From: Nitrosopumilus sp. | GTDB taxonomy: Archaea; Thermoproteota; Nitrososphaeria; Nitrososphaerales; Nitrosopumilaceae | Length of the DNA stretch: 64,000 nucleotides | NCBI GenBank assembly: GCA_963667665.2 | Contig: OY763927.2 | Location: 352,001 to 416,000 of the forward strand | Reading direction: 5' to 3' | Part shown: positions 21,129-35,047 of the stretch, piece by piece | How positions within the stretch are numbered: the stretch's first letter is position 1 | Layout of the letters: every line of letters starts with the position of its first letter | Position numbers and translations under genes: made by a program | Notes under the pieces: generated by a model | Databases searched by the model: none | What the model was told of the DNA's origin: nothing | What the model saw: only the letters and a program-made list of their open reading frames with translations

Positions 21129-21977
21129 ATGTCGCAGTTAGAAAAAGTTGCAATTGTTACTGGAAGTTCCTCCGGAATTGGATATACAACTGCTTTGGAT
21201 CTTGCAAAAAATGGTTTTAAAACATATGCAACCATGCGAGATACAAACAAATCAAATAATATCTTAGCAGAAGCTACAAAAGATAATCTTCCACTAAAAG
21301 TGATACAACTTGATGTCAATGATGATTTATCCGTACAACAAGCAATTCGAGAAATACTCAAAGAAGATGAACGTATTGATGTACTAGTAAATAATGCAGG
21401 ATTTGCAATTATGGGGGCAGTAGAGGATACTTCTGTTGATGAGGCAAAAGAACAATTTGAAACAAACTTTTTTTCGCTTTATCGAATGGTACAATCTGTT
21501 TTACCTACAATGAGAAAACAAAAATCAGGAATTATAATTAACATTAGTTCTATTGCTGGGTTTTTAGGAATACCCGGAACTTCAGCTTATGTAAGCTCAA
21601 AATTTGCCATGGAGGGATTCTCCGAATGTTTAAAGGCAGAATTAGAACCATTTGGAATTAAGGTTGCAATAGTAGAACCTGGTCCAATTAAGACAAATGT
21701 TGGAAATTCTTACAAATATACAAAAAACTCTCAATTGTCTAGCTCTGCGTTTGCAGAACTTAACACAAAAGTAAAAGACATGATGACTTATGCAGTTACT
21801 GATGGTGGTAATCCTCCAGAAGTTGTATCAAAAGAAGTGTTGAATGCAGTACTTTCAAACAATCCAGATACAAGATACCCTGCAAGTCCTGAGGCAAAAT
21901 TACTCTTTGACGCACGACGTTCAAAAAATGATGCTGATTTTGAACAATTCGTAAAGGAACAATTTTCTCCAAAATAA
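21129..21977 (+). CDS. SDR family oxidoreductase
   Basis: TGSSSGIG, NNAG, YVSSK. Confidence 0.93.
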   Translation: MSQLEKVAIVTGSSSGIGYTTALDLAKNGFKTYATMRDTNKSNNILAEATKDNLPLKVIQLDVNDDLSVQQAIREILKEDERIDVLVNNAGFAIMGAVEDTSVDEAKEQFETNFFSLYRMVQSVLPTMRKQKSGIIINISSIAGFLGIPGTSAYVSSKFAMEGFSECLKAELEPFGIKVAIVEPGPIKTNVGNSYKYTKNSQLSSSAFAELNTKVKDMMTYAVTDGGNPPEVVSKEVLNAVLSNNPDTRYPASPEAKLLFDARRSKNDADFEQFVKEQFSPK

Positions 21978-22272
21978 TAGATGGTTTAAATTAGAATGTC
22001 AAGTTTAAAACAAGAAATTAAAAACGTAAAACAACTTAAAGGATATCCAGATTAAGTGAATTACTATGTGATTTAACAAAATTTTCATTTTTGCTCTTAT
22101 CCCTCTTGTTCTTTCAATTGGATTAAGTCCAGCTTTATCATTTGATTTTACTCCAGATGCGTTTGCACTAAAAGCAAAAGGTACATCTTCATCTCAATAT
22201 GGCTCTGCAAATTCTCTAGTATGTGGAGATAGATTATGTTCTGAACCAGAAAAACAAGAAATTCCTGAAGAA

Positions 22273-23118
22273 ATGATGGAAGAGAAAGTTGTGGACGATT
22301 CTATGCAAGATCAAAATGTAGTATATGATGATGGAACATTTCAGCTAGTAAAAATTGTAGAAAATATCTACAGTTTTGGTACCTCAATGGGATCTTTTTC
22401 TTTAGTTATGGTAACTGACGATGGAATTATCATTGGAGATCCTGTAAATCAAAATCATTCAGAAATTATGCTTAAAGCAATCAGAACAATAACTGATCAA
22501 CCAATCAAGTATCTGGTTTATAGTCATACTCATTGGGATCACACTAGTGGTGGTCAAGTTTTTAAAAATGAAGGTGCTACAATTCTCAGTCATATTGATG
22601 CTAGAGACTGGCTTTTAGATAATCCAAATCCAAATGTAGTAGTGGCTGATGAAGTTTGGAAAGGTAATTTTAAAGAAATTATTCTTGGTGGTAAAACACT
22701 TGAGCTTCATCACTTTGGTCCAAGTCACGGTGAAGGCATGACTGTTTTTTATTTACCTGAAGACAAAATTGTTTTCCTAGTTGATATTGTAACTCCTAAA
22801 AGACTTGGGTTTACAATAATGCCTGATTTTTCTCCAAAAGGATGGACACAAACACTAATTGAAATTGAAAAACTTGATTTTGATATTGCAATGTTTGGTC
22901 ACAAGAGAGCATTTGGTCCTGCATCAGAAGTAACTGAGGTTAGAGAATATTTGCAAGATTTACGTACTGAAATTTTTAGAATGATGCAAGATGGTGTTAA
23001 TCCAATGATGATTCCATCAACAATAGAGTTGCCAAAATATCAAGAGTGGGAATTTTATGATGAATGGTTGGGAATGAATACGTGGAGATTCATCATGGAA
23101 CCACATATGGGTTGGTAA
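22273..23118 (+). CDS. Metallo-beta-lactamase fold hydrolase; reading frame extends upstream to 22072
   Basis: SHTHWDH, HG, D, GH motifs. Confidence 0.88.
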   Translation: MMEEKVVDDSMQDQNVVYDDGTFQLVKIVENIYSFGTSMGSFSLVMVTDDGIIIGDPVNQNHSEIMLKAIRTITDQPIKYLVYSHTHWDHTSGGQVFKNEGATILSHIDARDWLLDNPNPNVVVADEVWKGNFKEIILGGKTLELHHFGPSHGEGMTVFYLPEDKIVFLVDIVTPKRLGFTIMPDFSPKGWTQTLIEIEKLDFDIAMFGHKRAFGPASEVTEVREYLQDLRTEIFRMMQDGVNPMMIPSTIELPKYQEWEFYDEWLGMNTWRFIMEPHMGW

Positions 23119-23174
23119 CTGAACTTGCATCTATTTTATCACCAAAAATATTCTAATCCTGCCGGACTTGAATT

Positions 23175-24470
23175 CTAAAAATTCTGAGATGCTAAAATCA
23201 TCTTTTTGATATCGTCTTTACTATGTGCGTTAGATATAGCACCTAGTTTTCCAGGCAAAAAGAATATTCCGTCTTGAGCAATCATCTTGAAATGATACTT
23301 TGCAAGCATTGTACCATCACATTTTGCAGCCTGTGCTGAGTTTGTAATTTCTGTATTGCCTCCTTTTAGAAAGTGAGTCATAAATAATGAGCCCTTTCCA
23401 GTTACTGCAACTTTACCATCAAATGCCTTTCTCATCTCTTTTCTTGCAAATTCTCCAAGTGAGTTAATTTTTGTATAAACTGATTTTTTTGATTTTAGAT
23501 AATTGAGTGTTGCAAATCCTGATGTCATTGATGCAGGATTGGCAGAAAATGTTCCCCCTCCAACATAGGAGCGTTCTGATTTTTTCTTTCCAGCGGTATC
23601 TGCATATTCCATAATCTCTTTTTTACCACACATCACTCCAATTGCCATTCCTCCCCCTACAATTTTTCCTAGAGTTACAATGTCAGGATCAAGTTTCATA
23701 GTTGGATAAAGACATCCATATCTAAATCTAAAACCAGTAACTATCTCATCTAAAATAAACAGAGATTTGTTTTTGTGAATAAATTCCTGAATTCCTTTTA
23801 GATATTCTGGAGTAGCTGGAATGCATCCTCCACCACCTAAAACAGGCTCAATTATTACCCCTGCTAGGCTCTTTGCATATTTTTTCAAAATCTTCAATGA
23901 ACCCTCCAAATCATTGTAAGGAATCGAAATAATTTTTTCTTCATTTACTACTCCACTGCTTTCTGATTCTGTAAATGGCCAGTTTACACTTTTCAATAAA
24001 TCTGAAGTATATCCATGCCATCCCCCATCAATTTTTGCAATCACTTTTCTACCTGTAACTGAACGAGCCAATCTTACTGCATACATTGTAGCTTCAGTTC
24101 CTGATGTTACATATCGAATTTTCTCAGCTACTGGAACTGCTTTTGAAATTAATTCTGATAGTTTTATTGTCTGCTCATTTACTGTACCATACATCCAACT
24201 TTTTTCAATCTGTTTTTTCAAAGATTCTTTGACATTTTTTGGACCATGTCCTAATATCAAACTCCAATGTCCCATCCAATAATCTGTATACTTGTTGTTA
24301 TCCACATCAACAAGATTTTTTCCTCCAGATGATTTTACAACAAATGGATATGGTTCATAAAATCTTATGTTATGACTTACTCCACGTACATGAAGTTTTA
24401 ATGACCTTGCAAACATCTTCTCAGATGTTTTTGTTTTCTTTTTGTATTGAGCTAAGTAATCCAAAACCAA
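23175..24470 (-). CDS. Class III aminotransferase, glutamate-1-semialdehyde aminomutase-like
   Basis: [31 protein letters not shown]. Confidence 0.88.
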   Translation of the reverse strand: MVLDYLAQYKKKTKTSEKMFARSLKLHVRGVSHNIRFYEPYPFVVKSSGGKNLVDVDNNKYTDYWMGHWSLILGHGPKNVKESLKKQIEKSWMYGTVNEQTIKLSELISKAVPVAEKIRYVTSGTEATMYAVRLARSVTGRKVIAKIDGGWHGYTSDLLKSVNWPFTESESSGVVNEEKIISIPYNDLEGSLKILKKYAKSLAGVIIEPVLGGGGCIPATPEYLKGIQEFIHKNKSLFILDEIVTGFRFRYGCLYPTMKLDPDIVTLGKIVGGGMAIGVMCGKKEIMEYADTAGKKKSERSYVGGGTFSANPASMTSGFATLNYLKSKKSVYTKINSLGEFARKEMRKAFDGKVAVTGKGSLFMTHFLKGGNTEITNSAQAAKCDGTMLAKYHFKMIAQDGIFFLPGKLGAISNAHSKDDIKKMILASQNF

Positions 24471-24584
24471 CTACACAAAAATATTCCTGCCATTTTAATC
24501 CATCAAAACATGCCTACTATAGTGGAGGAGGGGTAGGGGTTAAAAATAAAAATTGAAATTTTTTCAATCGATCAGGCATAATTT

Positions 24585-24600
24585 CACGCATGGTTTATAT
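24585..24600 (+). promoter_or_regulatory. Probable rRNA operon promoter (TATA box TTTATAT)
   Basis: TTTATAT at about 24594 upstream of the structured rRNA leader. Confidence 0.5.
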
Positions 24601-24823
24601 GGATTCTGCATTCTTCAATTTCTGCATACGTAAAGCAATAGGCGGCGCTCGTGATGAAGTATGGCAATATGCCAAGTTATGATTCATGGGCCTCCATTTA
24701 CGCATACAAAATGAGGATATGATCAAAAGATCATTATCTGAAATGTGAAGATTATGTGCATCCGTCAATTCCAATATAGTACAATAATGTACTTCAATAA
24801 TAAAAAATAATCAAGTAAATCAG

Positions 24824-26294
<1,471 letters not shown>

Positions 26295-26442
26295 TAGACA
26301 AGGAAAGTGTACGGATGTACATAATCTTCACAAAATCATCGATGCAATGCATCACGAAAGTGTTGTATGAAGGATGTAGCAGACCCCTGCCAGGGGGTTT
26401 GCAATGATCGTCGTGCATAGTCGTGTAATATGTGGCTGAATT

Positions 26443-29463
<3,021 letters not shown>

Positions 29464-29533
29464 CCGTATTAGGCGAATAACCTGTACGGTGCTTATGCAC
29501 GATGATCACATATTACACGATGATTTCAATTCT

Positions 29534-29573
29534 AATTACAGAATAGGATTTCCTATTTTGTAATTTTATTTTT
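29534..29573 (+). terminator. Hairpin plus T-rich tract just inside the island left end
   Basis: AATTACAGAATAGGA / TCCTATTTTGTAATT inverted repeat. Confidence 0.5.
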
Positions 29574-29603
29574 AATGTCCCTAGCGGATGCTATGCAATC
29601 CCG

Positions 29604-30050
29604 TTGAATAAATATCACTTCAAATTAACCAACTCTGTGACTCCTAGATTGTCTGATAAAGAACTTGGATTCTTGAAAATATGTTATCACTGTTATAACG
29701 ATGGGAAAAATTTTCTTAGTACAATACGTGATATTCCAATACCAAATTTTACTGTACATGATATGATTAACTGCGAACGAAGTCTAATGCAAAAAGATTT
29801 GCTTAGTGGTTCAACAAATCGAACAAATGCTGGTGTCCATTATTCTCCCAATTCTATGACACAAAAAGGAATTAACGTTGTAAAAGAAATTTTAGGTGAT
29901 CCATTATTTGGTGATTTAGAACCTGCAATTAATACTGGTTTTAACGATAAAGGATATCGTTTTAAAAAATATGTCAAATCACATCTATTCCAAATCCTTG
30001 GATTGACTATTGGTGTTATTGGTGTGGTTGCGACGATCTTATCTATATGA
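29604..30050 (+). CDS. Hypothetical protein with C-terminal TM helix
   Basis: 148-aa ORF; start uncertain. Confidence 0.6.
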   Translation: MNKYHFKLTNSVTPRLSDKELGFLKICYHCYNDGKNFLSTIRDIPIPNFTVHDMINCERSLMQKDLLSGSTNRTNAGVHYSPNSMTQKGINVVKEILGDPLFGDLEPAINTGFNDKGYRFKKYVKSHLFQILGLTIGVIGVVATILSI

Positions 30051-30070
30051 TTCTATTATGAGTTGGATTT

Positions 30071-30379
30071 TTGATACTAAATGGAAAAAAACTAGACGAA
30101 ATGAAGAATCTGGAATCTGGAATCTGGCCATTAAAACCTGCATCCAAAGAACCCCCAAAACCTACTACTTCCCAATTAATCTACATGGTAGTATTATCTT
30201 CCGTTGTAATTCTTGTTGGTAGTGCCATGTTAGGTTCTAAACAATTTGTGGAAACTGGATGGATCCTTATTGGGTTAGGGATTATTGGTGAAATTACAAT
30301 TGTTTTAAGCGCTCATAATGAATTGAGAAATTTAGATAAAAGAATACGAAAATTAGAGAATGAATCTGACAAAAAATAA
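30071..30379 (+). CDS. Small two-TM hypothetical protein
   Basis: 102-aa ORF, two hydrophobic helices and a coiled-coil tail. Confidence 0.6.
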   Translation: MILNGKKLDEMKNLESGIWPLKPASKEPPKPTTSQLIYMVVLSSVVILVGSAMLGSKQFVETGWILIGLGIIGEITIVLSAHNELRNLDKRIRKLENESDKK

Positions 30380-30512
30380 AACATATTCTAAGATCAATTT
30401 AATTAGTTTAATTTTTTATGTTAAGTGGGTATTCAGTATCATTTTTCGAGTGATATAGTCTTCGTGGGCTCGAATACCCTTTTTTGATTTGAATAATTTT
30501 TAATCATAGACT

Positions 30513-30746
30513 CTAGATCTTTTCTTTGACCATATGAAGAATGAGTTTTTCGTTTACAACATCTACTATCACTCGATACATTCCAACCCTGAATTTGTAA
30601 AATGGTGAACTTGTCAGACGTTCAAGATATGAAAATGGGTTTTTTTCTACCTCGCTTGTCTTTAAGAGGATTCTTTTTGCATCGTCTTTTGGAAGTTTAG
30701 ATAGTTTTTTTTCTGCCTTTTTAGACCAAACAGCAGTCCATTTCAT
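30513..30746 (-). CDS. relE: RelE/ParE family toxin (C-terminus looks shortened)
   Basis: AEKKLSKL, YKFRVGMYRVIVDV; lacks the usual GHRxxxY tail. Confidence 0.85.
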   Translation of the reverse strand: MKWTAVWSKKAEKKLSKLPKDDAKRILLKTSEVEKNPFSYLERLTSSPFYKFRVGMYRVIVDVVNEKLILHMVKEKI

Positions 30747-30982
30747 ATACCATATTTCTTCTTAAGGTCATCATTTGTGATGTATTTACCATTTTTAAAA
30801 TCATTAATTGATTGTTCTATTTCTAGAATGTCTTTCTTAGATAATAATTCGGAATCATCTTCATTTAGTGTATTTACCATACGATTAATCATGGCCTCAA
30901 AGGATTCACTAGGATGGTTTTTCATAGTACTCCACGTTTCTTTTGAGTTTTTAGAAACTTGAATGGATGTCATTAATTCCAT
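30743..30982 (-). CDS. Cognate antitoxin
   Basis: TSIQVSK..ESFEAMINRM..EQSINDFKNGKYIT; ATGA overlap with the toxin. Confidence 0.8.
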   Translation of the reverse strand: MELMTSIQVSKNSKETWSTMKNHPSESFEAMINRMVNTLNEDDSELLSKKDILEIEQSINDFKNGKYITNDDLKKKYGI

Positions 30983-31057
30983 AGTTTGCTATAGAATACT
31001 ATAGTATATAAACATTATACGCAAAGTTTAAGCCAATATGTTTAATAATCACTATGT

Positions 31058-31357
31058 GTGTATGTGATTATGTCACAAAATGACGAAGTGAAAATTGAGA
31101 ACAAGACAATTCGTATCCCAGCTGCGATGTACTACAAAGCAGTAGAAATTACAGGTATGTTGTCTGCAATTGCCGGTTACAACTATTCTCTATCAGAAAT
31201 AGTATCAGAAATGATCACAATGTGTCATACTTCATGGTATCCGCAACTAACTGGAACCATACAAGATGAGAAAGCACGAGCAACCATGAGAGCAGATCTT
31301 CAGAAAAATCTTGAATTCAAAGAAGGGTTAGACAAGACTCTCAAGATTAGAAAATAG
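31058..31357 (+). CDS. Hypothetical protein, possibly DNA-binding (RHH-like)
   Basis: KTIRIPAAMY..SLSEIVSEM; divergent from the TA operon. Confidence 0.6.
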   Translation: MYVIMSQNDEVKIENKTIRIPAAMYYKAVEITGMLSAIAGYNYSLSEIVSEMITMCHTSWYPQLTGTIQDEKARATMRADLQKNLEFKEGLDKTLKIRK

Positions 31358-31573
31358 TACGGCAAAATAATTTGGCACAGGAACTCCGTGAGACAATATC
31401 TTCCAAATCGGTGGAATCCAGAAGATATTGCCCCTCTATGTCAATTATACCGATATACTATTCCTAATCCTTTCCAACTAAAAAATATTCAGATGATTAA
31501 TTTTCATATTATATGCTACAAGAATTCCATACTTTCAGTGTAAGACATGGAATAGTTATCTGTGTTTTACAGA

Positions 31574-32932
31574 TCATTTTTTTTCATATTCAATTTCATA
31601 TAAGATTAGACCTGATGTAAAAGAAGTTAGATTATGTGCCATGTTAGATGCATCTCTCAAAAGTTCATGACCAATATTTTCTGTTGCGTGTTGAATACGA
31701 TTTCTTACATCAACGACAGCATTAACATAAGGTTCACGTCTTTCTTTGTCTTTAAGATATTCTAGCTGCTCAAAGATTTTTCCCAGTTGCTTTCTAGCAC
31801 TAATATTATTTCCTTGCACTCGAAATTTCTCAACAAAATTCTTTTCATCACTATCTAGTTTCTTTAGTAAATTATTGAAAAATGAAGTATAATCTTCATC
31901 AGACATTAGTTTCTTTTTAAAATTATAATTATAATAAAACATTAATGATTGATATAGATTTTCAAATCTGTTAATTGGAGAAAGATTTTCCTTTATTTCA
32001 TTCTCAAAAAATTTATCGAAAAAGTCAGGCATTTTTTCATATTTTTTAATCCAATTTTGTAAGATTCTTTCAAAAATAAATGGATTATAAAGGTATGAAA
32101 ATTTTTCTCCAGATTCAAGTTTCTTTGCATGCTTAAATCGTCTTTGAAATAAGAACAAAGACAATATGGACTCGGATGGTGAATCACCTTCTTGTCTATC
32201 CATATGACAGTAAATGTTCTCTTCTATAACGTATCTTCCTTGTAAAAACATAAAAAAATATTTGATAATCTTATTCAATCTCAAATACTCTGCATGTGGA
32301 AATGATTTTCCATCTTTACTTACTATTCCAAAAGTCACGGTCTGTTCTAATGAAATATCAAAATTACCTTGTGTACTACCATAGGAACCTATGTTGCGAA
32401 TTTCTATTTCAAAATCAAAGGATTCGTTCAATGAGCCCTTGATATTAGGAAATTTTTTCAATAGAACGTTATCATCTTTTTTATCTTCATGATTTAGAGT
32501 TGCAAACACAGTTGGTTTGTTTAACCATTCACGAAAATTCGAATAAACAAATCTGACTTTGTTAAATACTAATTTTTCATAATCTGTGATTTGCTTGTCA
32601 CCTAATACAGCTTCAACTGCGAATGTAGAAGTTCTTGTAATCCCATCACGATTACCGCTAAACATACTTTCCTGAGGAACCAGATTTACAAGGGTACACG
32701 AATATGGTTGTCCGTCAACTATTCCTGTTAATATAGAAAATGCTTCATGATCATGTTTGAATGGGAGATTTTTTAAAGTCAAAAAAAGCCCGTTGTTTGG
32801 ATCATATGAAAATGAACCTCTATAACCTTCATTTTCTATGAAAAACTCACCTGTTTTTGTAAATGATTTGGATAATTTCATTGACATTGTTTTTACATAT
32901 CTAAATTTAATATTAATTGAATTATTATTCAA
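31574..32932 (-). CDS. ApeA-like HEPN-domain protein (putative antiviral RNase)
   Basis: C-terminal RNRIQH (Rx4H); ApeA-NTD-like N-terminus (G.F, CTL, FVYSNFREW). Confidence 0.75.
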   Translation of the reverse strand: MNNNSINIKFRYVKTMSMKLSKSFTKTGEFFIENEGYRGSFSYDPNNGLFLTLKNLPFKHDHEAFSILTGIVDGQPYSCTLVNLVPQESMFSGNRDGITRTSTFAVEAVLGDKQITDYEKLVFNKVRFVYSNFREWLNKPTVFATLNHEDKKDDNVLLKKFPNIKGSLNESFDFEIEIRNIGSYGSTQGNFDISLEQTVTFGIVSKDGKSFPHAEYLRLNKIIKYFFMFLQGRYVIEENIYCHMDRQEGDSPSESILSLFLFQRRFKHAKKLESGEKFSYLYNPFIFERILQNWIKKYEKMPDFFDKFFENEIKENLSPINRFENLYQSLMFYYNYNFKKKLMSDEDYTSFFNNLLKKLDSDEKNFVEKFRVQGNNISARKQLGKIFEQLEYLKDKERREPYVNAVVDVRNRIQHATENIGHELLRDASNMAHNLTSFTSGLILYEIEYEKK

Positions 32933-33011
32933 TCTTTACTGAACCCCAAAACACCGACAAATACGCCATATTTTTCGTCTAAAACATCATTAATTGCTAT
33001 GCTTAATCAAA

Positions 33012-33090
33012 ATTGAACTTCAGTAAATATTGAACTTCAGTAAATATTGAACTTCAGTAAATATTGAACTTCAGTAAATATTGAACTTCA
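33012..33090 (+). repeat. 17-bp tandem repeat, 4.6 copies
   Basis: (ATTGAACTTCAGTAAAT)x4 plus ATTGAACTTCA. Confidence 0.95.
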
Positions 33091-33272
33091 ATGATTATTG
33101 AAGATAATAATAATAATTAATGTAAATTAATCACAAATAGATCGAACTCACGAAACCGAAGGTAACTGTGATTAAGGACCTGAGAATGGTTCTTAATCTT
33201 TTTAGTTTATTATGATTTTTGGTGCTGTGTCATTGATGGGACATTTTCTTCGTGTTTTCAAGTGGGACATTG

Positions 33273-34184
33273 TTAATCTCGTCCTTTCCACCATCTTCTA
33301 AATAACAATGAGAAAATTGCTCCTGATGGGATTCCTACTATGGTTCCAATACTAATTGTAGGTGCTAAGTAAACATCTCCTATCCATAAACCAGCATTTG
33401 ACCCCCACTCAAAATGAGTTCTAGGTCTAAGTAGTAAAGAAACTGTTTCTGATTCTTCTTTTTCTTTACCTGCATCATCAGTATACTGAACGATTATTGT
33501 AAACGGAATGAATTGTTCATAATCAACATCACCTTGTCCTAAAGTAACAAGTTGGGCACGAATTGATATTGGTGTATCTTTTGGAATTGATGAAAAGGTA
33601 TGCTGTTTTTCTCCTCTGAATATTATTTCTTCTGGAGGTATAATTTGCACAGTTACATCTCGGATATTGGTTCCCTGTCCTTCAATTTCAACAACAAATG
33701 GAAATTCAGCATCAGTGAAAATGGAATCTGGAGTTATGGTTCGTATCACTAATTGTGGTTGATCTGTAACAATGATTGGTATTATTGTATTGTAAAAAAT
33801 GGGGCTGTCTTTCCCACTAGTGAAATTTAAATTGAAAAATTGTTTACCTTGTGTTGCATTATTTGGCACAATAAAGTCAAATGTTTCTCCATAGTATCCA
33901 TCAGGTGCTAATCTGTGAATATCTATTCTATTTTTATCAACAGGAATGAATGATTTTTGCCCATCTATTGTAATAACAATATTTTCTTTTTCAGCAGATG
34001 AAGATGTATTTTTTACAACAAAAGATACTGTGAATTTGTCACCTAAAACAACCGTTACTGGATATGTGATTGTTGCATAACCATACCTTTCAAATTCAAT
34101 ACTAGTAGTCTTACCATAGGCAAAACTTGGAATGAATAGAATACATACTATGACAATTATTATGATTGTTTTATGTTTGAACAT
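33273..34184 (-). CDS. COG1361-like S-layer/Ig-fold surface protein
   Basis: Signal peptide from MFKHK, beta-rich body, C-terminal TM plus RRWWK. Confidence 0.65.
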   Translation of the reverse strand: MFKHKTIIIIVIVCILFIPSFAYGKTTSIEFERYGYATITYPVTVVLGDKFTVSFVVKNTSSSAEKENIVITIDGQKSFIPVDKNRIDIHRLAPDGYYGETFDFIVPNNATQGKQFFNLNFTSGKDSPIFYNTIIPIIVTDQPQLVIRTITPDSIFTDAEFPFVVEIEGQGTNIRDVTVQIIPPEEIIFRGEKQHTFSSIPKDTPISIRAQLVTLGQGDVDYEQFIPFTIIVQYTDDAGKEKEESETVSLLLRPRTHFEWGSNAGLWIGDVYLAPTISIGTIVGIPSGAIFSLLFRRWWKGRD

Positions 34185-34461
34185 TTTCTTTGATATTTTG
34201 TAGATTTTTGAATTAAGGTTTTCCATTTATTATTTCCTTGAATCTCAATACCACATAACTCTGCTGGTGTTTTTCCATTTAATCCCATGTGATGTCTTAC
34301 GTAGTTGTGGTAAATCTGACATCCCTCAAAGATCATGGAATCTTTTGTTTTTACTCCTCGCATTACTTACTCGCAAACGGTTGTTTTTTAGCCAATAACC
34401 TATTTTTCAACCATTCTGGGCATGTTATTTTTGGTGTTTCAACCTCTTGCTTCATGTCCAT
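34160..34461 (-). pseudogene. Internally deleted IS6-like DDE transposase (N-terminal stub plus C-terminal tail)
   Basis: MDMKQEVETPKITCPE stub joined out of frame to MRGVK...IYHNYVRHHMGLNGKTPAE...NKWKTLIQ, homologous to the transposase tail at 51772-51960. Confidence 0.85.
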
Positions 34462-34597
34462 GAGCCTTTGTTGAGCCTGTGATATAGAGACAATATCCCC
34501 GTATTCGACACATAGTCAATACGGAGATTATGCACGATGATCATATATTACACGACTAATCCTTTTTTACCCTAAACTATGTTTTGATTGTGAATTT

Positions 34598-34810
34598 TTG
34601 AAAAACCGTGTGGAATATTGTAAAGTAGGGGATGATAAATGCCCAGATAGAACAGCAGACGACCCAGAGATTGTAAAGTTTGCCAAAGATAATAATTTGA
34701 TTATAGTCACTAAAGACATCAAGATGATTAATGAGTGTAAATTTGAAAGTGTGAAATATATAACAATTAATGATTTAGACTTTGCCAAGAAGATAATAAA
34801 TTATAATTCT
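34598..34810 (+). pseudogene. PIN-like (DUF5615-type) fragment ending at an IS end
   Basis: ADDPEIVKFAKDNNLIIVTKD motif; frame runs into the TIR at 34811. Confidence 0.6.
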
Positions 34811-34862
34811 GGTTCTGTAACGTTATGGGGATATAGAATGAAATATGGATCTTCTAAGGATT
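34811..34862 (+). repeat. Orphan IS6-type terminal repeat
   Basis: GGTTCTGTAACGTTATGGGGATATAGAATGAAATATGGATCTTCTAAGGATT, related to the end at 51718. Confidence 0.85.
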
Positions 34863-35006
34863 GAAAATTTGGCTCTGTCAAACCTGCAGTTGATAAAATA
34901 GATGTAAAGAATCGGTTGATTTAGGTTTGAGCGATACCGTATAATTTCAATAGGTTATACTACAATAATCATGCGTGGAGTGGAAATTTGTATGAATTTA
35001 TCAGAA

Positions 35007-35040
35007 GGTTCTGTAACGTTATGGGGATATAGAATGAAAT
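35007..35040 (+). repeat. Second orphan IS6-type terminal repeat, direct orientation
   Basis: 34-bp identity to 34811-34844. Confidence 0.85.
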
Positions 35041-35047
35041 GTGAATT

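Larger units (their letters stand above)
29493..34555. mobile_element. Integrated island flanked by a 28-bp direct repeat of the 23S rRNA 3' trailer
   Basis: TTATGCACGATGATCA(C/T)ATATTACACGA at 29493-29520 and 34528-34555 (27/28 identical); defence cargo and a DDE relic inside. Confidence 0.8.

Noticed and set aside
26295-26442. Possible tRNA in the 16S-23S spacer
   Set aside because: No cloverleaf or TTCG T-loop; the sequence is explained by processing stems
33012-33090. 17-bp array as a CRISPR
   Set aside because: Head-to-tail repeats with no unique spacers
33148-33172. Hammerhead ribozyme (GAAAC...CTGTGA)
   Set aside because: No CTGANGA core and no room for stem I
34071-34082. TGTTGCATAACC as partner end of the IS5 element at 50242
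   Set aside because: Same orientation and inside an uninterrupted CDS; likely chance
29493-34555. Casposon, suggested by the long target duplication
   Set aside because: No Cas1, no family B polymerase and no TIRs visible
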